A stretch of 22,624 nt of DNA from Myxococcota bacterium. GTDB taxonomy: Bacteria; Myxococcota_A; UBA9160; PR03. The notes beneath the pieces were generated by a model. It searched no databases, was not told the origin of the DNA, and saw only the letters and a program-made list of their open reading frames with translations. The stretch lies in the NCBI GenBank assembly GCA_041611735.1, contig JBFIML010000054.1, forward strand, positions 1-22,624, read 5' to 3'. Below are positions 17,486-22,624 of the stretch, piece by piece (the first letter of the stretch is position 1; each line of letters starts with the position of its first letter). Both the position numbers and the translations under genes were made by a program.

Positions 17486-18063
17486 TGGTGCAGTCCTGGC
17501 GCCGGCGGGAGCGCGGCGAGAACGCGGGCCTCGTGGTCCACGATCTCGGCCAGGCGGGCGCGCACGGCAGCCTCGGAGGCGATACCGTCCGCCAGACGCA
17601 CGTAGGTGCCGTGATGACGCGCCTCGGCGGCGTGCAGGGCGCGATACCAGGCGGCCAGCTCGCGGTCGCGCTCGGCCAGGGCGTCGGCCAGCAGAGCGAA
17701 GCGCTCGCAGCTGCGCGCCTCGATCACCGCGGCGCAGAGCAGACGGTCCACCAGCCGCTCCGGCTCGCTCCCCCGCACCAGCTGGTGCAGCCGTCCCGCG
17801 TAGGGGCTTGCGCGCCGACGCCGGAACGCGAGGCCGCGCGCCGCCAGCACGCGCAGCACCTCCTCGAAGTGCGCCAGCTCCTCGCGCGCCAGGCGCGCCA
17901 GGGGCTCGAGCAGGGCGGTCTGCTCCGGGTACTGGAAGAGCAGCGTCACGGCCGTGCCCGCCGCCTTCTTCTCCGCGTGGGCGTGGTCGAGCAGCACGTC
18001 TTCCAGGTGCGCCAGGGCGCGCCCGACCCAGGCGGGGTCCGAGGCCGAAACCAGCCGCAGCAT
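17482..18063 (-). CDS. miaE: tRNA 2-methylthio-N6-isopentenyl-A37 hydroxylase (di-iron)
   Basis: LLDHAHAEKKAA, LAREELAHF, IEARSCERF, EARHH. Confidence 0.93.
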   Translation of the reverse strand: MLRLVSASDPAWVGRALAHLEDVLLDHAHAEKKAAGTAVTLLFQYPEQTALLEPLARLAREELAHFEEVLRVLAARGLAFRRRRASPYAGRLHQLVRGSEPERLVDRLLCAAVIEARSCERFALLADALAERDRELAAWYRALHAAEARHHGTYVRLADGIASEAAVRARLAEIVDHEARVLAALPPAPGLHH

Positions 18064-18098
18064 GGCGACGGAGTGTAGAGGATGGGCAGCGCCCGCAA

Positions 18099-18193
18099 GC
18101 GAAGCGCGCAGCGAGGCGCAGCCGAGCGAAGTCCTGCGGGCGCAAGCGGGCGCCCCCGGCGTTGCGCGCAGCCAGGCGCAGCCGAGCCAGGTC
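18099..18193. repeat. Two 35-bp direct repeats at 60-bp period in a divergent intergenic region
   Basis: GCGAAGCGCGCAGCGAGGCGCAGCCGAGCGAAGTC (18099-18133) vs GCGTTGCGCGCAGCCAGGCGCAGCCGAGCCAGGTC (18159-18193), 30 of 35 identical. Confidence 0.85.
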
Positions 18194-18198
18194 TCGGG

Positions 18199-18204
18199 TA
18201 GAAT
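18199..18204 (+). promoter_or_regulatory. -10 box, probable leaderless transcript
   Basis: TAGAAT 6 nt before ATG 18211, no SD. Confidence 0.6.
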
Positions 18205-18210
18205 CGCGCC

Positions 18211-19665
18211 ATGTTGATGAACGCCGACGCCTACCTCGATTCGATCCGAAAACGCGAGATCCGGGTCTTCTTCCGGGGCGAGCTCCTGCCCAACGCCGTC
18301 GACCACCCGGTGCTGCACCCGGCCGCGAACTGCCTGGCGGAGACCTACCGGCTGGCGCTGGCACCCGAGACCCGCGAGCTCATGACCGCCCCCTCCCCCT
18401 TCACCGGCGAGCCTGCCAACGTGTCGAGCCTCCTATGGCGCTCCCGCGAGGACCTGATCGCACGCATCGAGTGGGAGCGCCTCGTGGGCCGCCGCACCGG
18501 CCGCGGCGCCCTGCGCTCTCCCGGTCTCGACGCCCTCAACACCCTCGCCATCGTGACCCGGCGCGTCGATCGGGAGCGTGGCACGGAGTACCGGGCGCGC
18601 CTCGATGCCTTCCTGCGCGAGGTGCACGAGCACGACTGGGCGGTGTCGGGCGCCATGACCGACCCCCGCGGCGACCGCAGCCGCAGGCCCGGCCAGCAGC
18701 TCGACCCGGACCTCTACCTGCGCGTGGTGGAGCGACGGCGCAACGGCGTCGTGCTGCGGGGCGCCAAGATGCATCAGACCTCCGCCTGCCACGCCCACTG
18801 GCACCTGGTACTCCCGCTCGGTTGCCGGGATGGCGAGGAGGACTGGGCCATCGCCGCGGCCGTCCCCTCCGACGCCCCGGGCCTCTACCACGTCCTCTCG
18901 CGCCAGCCCGGCGACGGACGACGCCTGGAGCCCGGCGACCTGGACGTGGGCATCAAGGACTTCGGCGGCTGCGAGTCGCTCATGGTGTTCGACGACGTCT
19001 TCGTGCCCGAGGAGCGCATCCTGCTGAACGGCGAAACCCCGTATACCCGTGACCTGGTGCACTACTTCGGCTCCTTCCACCGCCATTGCTACGGCGGCTG
19101 CAAGGTGGGCATCGGCGACGTGGCGATCGGTGCTGCCGCGGCGCTGGCGGAGATGCACGGCGTTCGCGAGCGGCCCATCGTGCAGGACAAGCTCACGGAG
19201 ATGGTGCACCTGAACGAGACCATGTACGCCTGCGCGGTGGCGGCCGGGGCGCTCGGCGAGGCGGTGGAGGACGTCTGGATCCCGAACCTGGCGCTGGCCA
19301 ACGTGACCAAGCTCAACGTGACGCGGCTGCCCTGGGAGATCGCGCGGCTCGCCACGGACCTGGCCGGCGGGTCGCTCACCACGCTGCCCGCCGAGGCGGA
19401 CCTGCGCCACCCGGAGCTCGGTCCGGTAGTTCGCAAGTACATGGCCACCCGGGCGGGCGTCGACCCGGAGGAGCGCATGCGCCTGCTCCGGCTGCTCGAG
19501 TTCCTGACCCACGGCATGGGCAGCACCTACTTCCTGCACGAGTCGCTGCATGGCGCCGGCGCGCCCGAGGCCATGAAGATCACCCTCCGCAAGGAGGTGG
19601 ACCTCGAGCCCCTGGTGGCCCAGGCCCGGCGCCTGGCCGGCTGCCAGGGGGGCGTGCTCGACTGA
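18211..19665 (+). CDS. 4-hydroxybutyryl-CoA dehydratase/HpaB-family flavoprotein, atypical
   Basis: GAMTDPRGDRS, GAKMHQT, GGCESLMVFDDVFVP, HRHCYGGCKVG, ESLHGAG; lacks the CFQRC-type motif. Confidence 0.88.
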   Translation: MLMNADAYLDSIRKREIRVFFRGELLPNAVDHPVLHPAANCLAETYRLALAPETRELMTAPSPFTGEPANVSSLLWRSREDLIARIEWERLVGRRTGRGALRSPGLDALNTLAIVTRRVDRERGTEYRARLDAFLREVHEHDWAVSGAMTDPRGDRSRRPGQQLDPDLYLRVVERRRNGVVLRGAKMHQTSACHAHWHLVLPLGCRDGEEDWAIAAAVPSDAPGLYHVLSRQPGDGRRLEPGDLDVGIKDFGGCESLMVFDDVFVPEERILLNGETPYTRDLVHYFGSFHRHCYGGCKVGIGDVAIGAAAALAEMHGVRERPIVQDKLTEMVHLNETMYACAVAAGALGEAVEDVWIPNLALANVTKLNVTRLPWEIARLATDLAGGSLTTLPAEADLRHPELGPVVRKYMATRAGVDPEERMRLLRLLEFLTHGMGSTYFLHESLHGAGAPEAMKITLRKEVDLEPLVAQARRLAGCQGGVLD

Positions 19666-19728
19666 TCGACTTGCTCCTCGGGCAGCCGGCCGGCGCCCGC
19701 GAGCAGGTCAAACTGTCAAGAACGCCCC
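19649..19728. repeat. Inverted-repeat element copy A (REPIN/MITE-like, degenerate)
   Basis: 28-bp arms 19649-19676 and 19701-19728, 22 of 28 complementary, 24-nt spacer. Confidence 0.8.
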
Positions 19729-19742
19729 GCAACGGAGGGCTC

Positions 19743-20702
19743 ATGCAGTACCGACGGCTCGGCGCCAGTGGCCTGCGGGTGAGCGAGGTCTCGCTCGGCT
19801 CCTGGCTCACGCTCGGGTCGAGCGTCGACCGCTCCGGAACCCGTCGCGTGGTGCGGCGCGCCCTGGATCTCGGCATCAATCTCCTGGACACCGCCGACGC
19901 CTACGCCCGGGGCGGGGCCGAGGAGGTGCTGGGCGAGGCGCTTCGGGACGCGCCCCGTCACCACCTGGTGCTGGCCACCAAGGCGTTCTTCCCCATGTCC
20001 GAGGACCCGAACGACCGCGGGCTCTCGCGCAAGCACCTGTTCGAGAGCGTGGAGGGCTCCCTGCGCCGGCTGGGGACCGACTACCTGGACCTGCACCAGT
20101 GCCATCGCCCGGACCCCGAGACGTCGATCGAGGAGACTGTGGCGGCCTACGAGGATCTGGTGCGCCAGGGCAAGCTGCTCTACTGGGGGGTCTCCGAGTG
20201 GCGCGCCGCGCAGCTCGTGGACGCCTGCCGCAGCGCCGACGCGCGTCGCGGCTTCCGGCCCATCTCGAACCAGCCCCAGTACTCGATCCTGCGCCGCCGC
20301 ATCGAGCGGGAGGTGATCCCGGTGTGCGAGCGGGAGGGCGTCGGACAGATCGTCTGGAGCCCGCTGGCCCAGGGGGTCCTCACCGGCAAGTACGCCGCCG
20401 GCGCCCGGCCGGCGCACTCCCGGGCGGTCGATCCGGAGCGCAACCGCTTCATGGACGCCTTCCTGCGCCCGGAGGTCCTGGAACGAGTGGGGAAGCTCGC
20501 GCCGCTGGCCGCGGAGCTGGGCCTCACGCTGGCGCAGCTCGCCCTGGCCTGGTGCCTGCGCCAGCCCAACGTGGCGAGCGTGATCGTGGGGGCGACCCGG
20601 CCCGAGCAGCTCGAGGAGAACGCGGGCGCGGCGGGCGTCGCGCTACCCGCCGACGTCGTCCGCCGGATCGACGAGCTGTTTCCCGGGGACGTTCCTGACT
20701 GA
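19743..20702 (+). CDS. Aldo/keto reductase (Kv-beta/Tas-like)
   Basis: MQYRRLGASGLRVSEVSLGSW, DTADAY, ATK, DLHQCHR, WSPLAQG, IVGAT; GGAGG SD. Confidence 0.95.
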   Translation: MQYRRLGASGLRVSEVSLGSWLTLGSSVDRSGTRRVVRRALDLGINLLDTADAYARGGAEEVLGEALRDAPRHHLVLATKAFFPMSEDPNDRGLSRKHLFESVEGSLRRLGTDYLDLHQCHRPDPETSIEETVAAYEDLVRQGKLLYWGVSEWRAAQLVDACRSADARRGFRPISNQPQYSILRRRIEREVIPVCEREGVGQIVWSPLAQGVLTGKYAAGARPAHSRAVDPERNRFMDAFLRPEVLERVGKLAPLAAELGLTLAQLALAWCLRQPNVASVIVGATRPEQLEENAGAAGVALPADVVRRIDELFPGDVPD

Positions 20703-20768
20703 TTGACTTCCTGGCTTGCTCCGGCCGCTTCCCCGGGGAGGAAGTCAATCCCTCAAGAACGTCCCCGG
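20683..20768. repeat. Inverted-repeat element copy B (REPIN/MITE-like; may double as a bidirectional terminator)
   Basis: 30-bp arms 20683-20712 and 20739-20768, 27 of 30 complementary, 26-nt spacer. Confidence 0.88.
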
Positions 20769-22165
20769 CTGACGTTCACGACCTGGATCTCGGTGAAGCC
20801 GAGCAGGCCCCAGGGGCCGTTCTCGACGCCGATTCCCGACCACTTGGCGCCGCCGAACGGGAGGTTCGGCAGGATCGTGATGTGGCTGTTCACCCAGGCG
20901 GTGCCGCACTCGAGCCGGCCCGCCACCTCCGCGGCGCGCTCCGGGTCGCTGGACCACACGGAGCCCGACAGGCCGTAGCGGGTGGCGTTGGCGCGCTCCA
21001 CCGCCTCGTCCACCTCCCGGTAGGCCAGCACGGGGAGGGCCGGGCCGAACTGCTCCTCGCCCACTAGGCGCGTCTCCTCGTCCACCCCGGTCATCAGCGT
21101 GGGCGGGTAGAAGTAGCCGGCGCTCTCCAGGGGCTGGCCGCCCGCCACGACGCGCGCCCCGTCCCGCTTGGCGTCCTCCACCAGCTCGATCACGCGCTCG
21201 AACTGCGGCCGGTTGTTCAAGGGGCCGAGCTGGTTGGCCGGGTCGAGGCCGTCGCCCACCTTGATGCCGCGCGCGAGCTGGGAGAGCTCCTGGAGCAGCG
21301 GCTCGTAGATCGACTCGTGCACGTAGAGCCGCTTGATGGCGCTGCACACCTGGCCGCTGTTCTCGAAGGCGCCCCAGAAGATCTTCTCTGCCACGCGCTT
21401 GGGATCCGCGTCGGGAAGCACGATGGCCGGGTCGTTGCCCCCGAGCTCGAGGGTCACGCGCTTCAGGTCCGGCGCCGCCGCCTGGGCCACCTTCTTGCCG
21501 GTGGCCACGGAGCCCGTGAACGAGATCTTGCGCACCGCCGGGTGCTCGGTGATCCAGGCCCCGAGCTGGTCGCCGCCGGAGATCACGTTGAAGACCCCAG
21601 CCGGCACCACGTCCCGCAGCAGCTCGCCGAGCTTGAGCGTGGAGAGCGGGGTGAAGGGCGACGGCTTGAGCACCACCGTGTTCCCGGCCAGCAGGGCCGG
21701 CGCCAGCTTCCAGACCGCCAGCAGCACGGGAAAGTTCCAGGGCGTGATGGCGCCCACCACGCCGAGCGGACGACGACGCACCTCCACGCGCCCCTTCTCG
21801 TCGTCCTGCACCACCTCGACGGGGATCTCCAGGCCGGCGGTGTACGAGAACCAGACCGCCGCACCGAGCAGCTCTTCGGTGGCCTTCTGGAGCGGCTTGC
21901 CCTGCTCCTGGGTCAGCAGGCGGGCCAGGTCCTGGAGGTTCGCCTTGACCGCCTCGGCGCAGTCGTTCAGGACGCGCCGACGCCGGGCCACGTCGCCCGA
22001 CCAGGCCGCAAAGGCGCGGCTGGCGGCGTCCATGGCGTCGTCGAGCTGGGTGCGGCTGCAGTCCGGCGCCTCGGCGAAGACGCTTCCCGTGGCCGGGTTC
22101 ACCACGCCGAAGCTGGACTCGCCCGCCACGGCCTTGCCGTCGATGGTCATCGCGAAGGAGCTCAT
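20753..22165 (-). CDS. NAD(P)-dependent aldehyde dehydrogenase
   Basis: ITPWNFP, FTGSVATG, LELGGND, GQVC, EQFGP, PFGGAKWSG; AAGGAGG SD before ATG 22165. Confidence 0.95.
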   Translation of the reverse strand: MSSFAMTIDGKAVAGESSFGVVNPATGSVFAEAPDCSRTQLDDAMDAASRAFAAWSGDVARRRRVLNDCAEAVKANLQDLARLLTQEQGKPLQKATEELLGAAVWFSYTAGLEIPVEVVQDDEKGRVEVRRRPLGVVGAITPWNFPVLLAVWKLAPALLAGNTVVLKPSPFTPLSTLKLGELLRDVVPAGVFNVISGGDQLGAWITEHPAVRKISFTGSVATGKKVAQAAAPDLKRVTLELGGNDPAIVLPDADPKRVAEKIFWGAFENSGQVCSAIKRLYVHESIYEPLLQELSQLARGIKVGDGLDPANQLGPLNNRPQFERVIELVEDAKRDGARVVAGGQPLESAGYFYPPTLMTGVDEETRLVGEEQFGPALPVLAYREVDEAVERANATRYGLSGSVWSSDPERAAEVAGRLECGTAWVNSHITILPNLPFGGAKWSGIGVENGPWGLLGFTEIQVVNVSRGRS

Positions 22166-22265
22166 GCGGACCTCCTTGGTCTGGGACGTGAGGAAAGGTA
22201 TCACCAGCCCCGGGGGCCACGCTACGCTCGCCGCGACACGCGTCCGATCCGGCCCCGGAGGTTGC

Positions 22266-22624
22266 ATGCGCCGCTGCTCCGCTCGCCCGCTCGCACTCGG
22301 CTACGGCGGGGCCTTGCTCCTGGCGGCGCTTGCGCTCGGGGCGGCCACGGAGCCGGCCGGCGCCGCGGACCGGGGGGCCGACGGCCGCTTCGACACGCGC
22401 CGCTCCTCCCATTTCGTGCTGCATCAGGACGTGGCGATCGACCGCCGCTCGGGCTGGCGGGGCTCGCTGCGCTTCGAGCGCGAGGTACTGGCAGCGCTCG
22501 AGGCGGCCTACGAGCGCCTGGACCGCCACCTCGGCCTGCGTCCGCGTCGTCCCGTGGTGGTGGTGCTGTACGACCCCGAGGTCTTCGAGCGCAGCTTCGC
22601 GGGTCTCTTCCGCTTCCCCGCGGC
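22266..22624 (+). CDS. Secreted protein, probably peptidase MA family (runs off window)
   Basis: GGAGG SD; open frame MRRCSARPLALGYGGALLLAALALG...SSHFVLHQD...LEAAYERLDRHLGLRPRRPVVVVLYD; HExxH not within window. Confidence 0.65.
   Translation, partial: MRRCSARPLALGYGGALLLAALALGAATEPAGAADRGADGRFDTRRSSHFVLHQDVAIDRRSGWRGSLRFEREVLAALEAAYERLDRHLGLRPRRPVVVVLYDPEVFERSFAGLFRFPA

Noticed and set aside
18099-18193. Possible mini-CRISPR array
   Set aside because: Only two imperfect units, a 25-nt spacer, no AT-rich leader and no cas genes
19649-20768. Integron attC cassette interpretation of the AKR-flanking hairpins
   Set aside because: No RYYYAAC/GTTRRRY core sites and no integrase; kept as REPIN/MITE-like instead

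Overview
A very GC-rich, densely packed bacterial chromosomal window; gene content suggests a Myxococcota/deltaproteobacterial lineage (inference). Bases 1-3074 look like an accessory segment abutting the 3' end of a tRNA-Met(CAT). They hold an outer-membrane beta-barrel gene with visibly lower GC, a frameshifted and HTH-less LuxR/PAS-type regulator remnant, and a secreted protein with a Cys/His-rich tail. The core-like remainder encodes a TolB-N-like exported protein, a P-loop kinase-dCMP deaminase fusion, an Rmd-like SDR, PrmA, a Zn aminopeptidase lipoprotein and GmhB. A tightly coupled minus-strand operon follows (small membrane protein, dGTPase, CutA, two hypotheticals, an 896-aa DHH-like multidomain protein, QueE). 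The rest is a class V aminotransferase, CBS protein, alpha/beta hydrolase, MiaE, an atypical 4-hydroxybutyryl-CoA dehydratase homolog, an aldo/keto reductase, an aldehyde dehydrogenase and a partial secreted peptidase. The most notable signals are: two related ~80-bp inverted-repeat elements that flank the AKR gene and supply the stop codons of three genes; a 35-bp direct repeat built of GNA-triloop mini-hairpins; the 896-aa protein with nuclease-like, disordered and DHH regions; and a dehydratase homolog missing two canonical Fe-S Cys ligands. All calls come from motif recognition by eye; no database searches were run.
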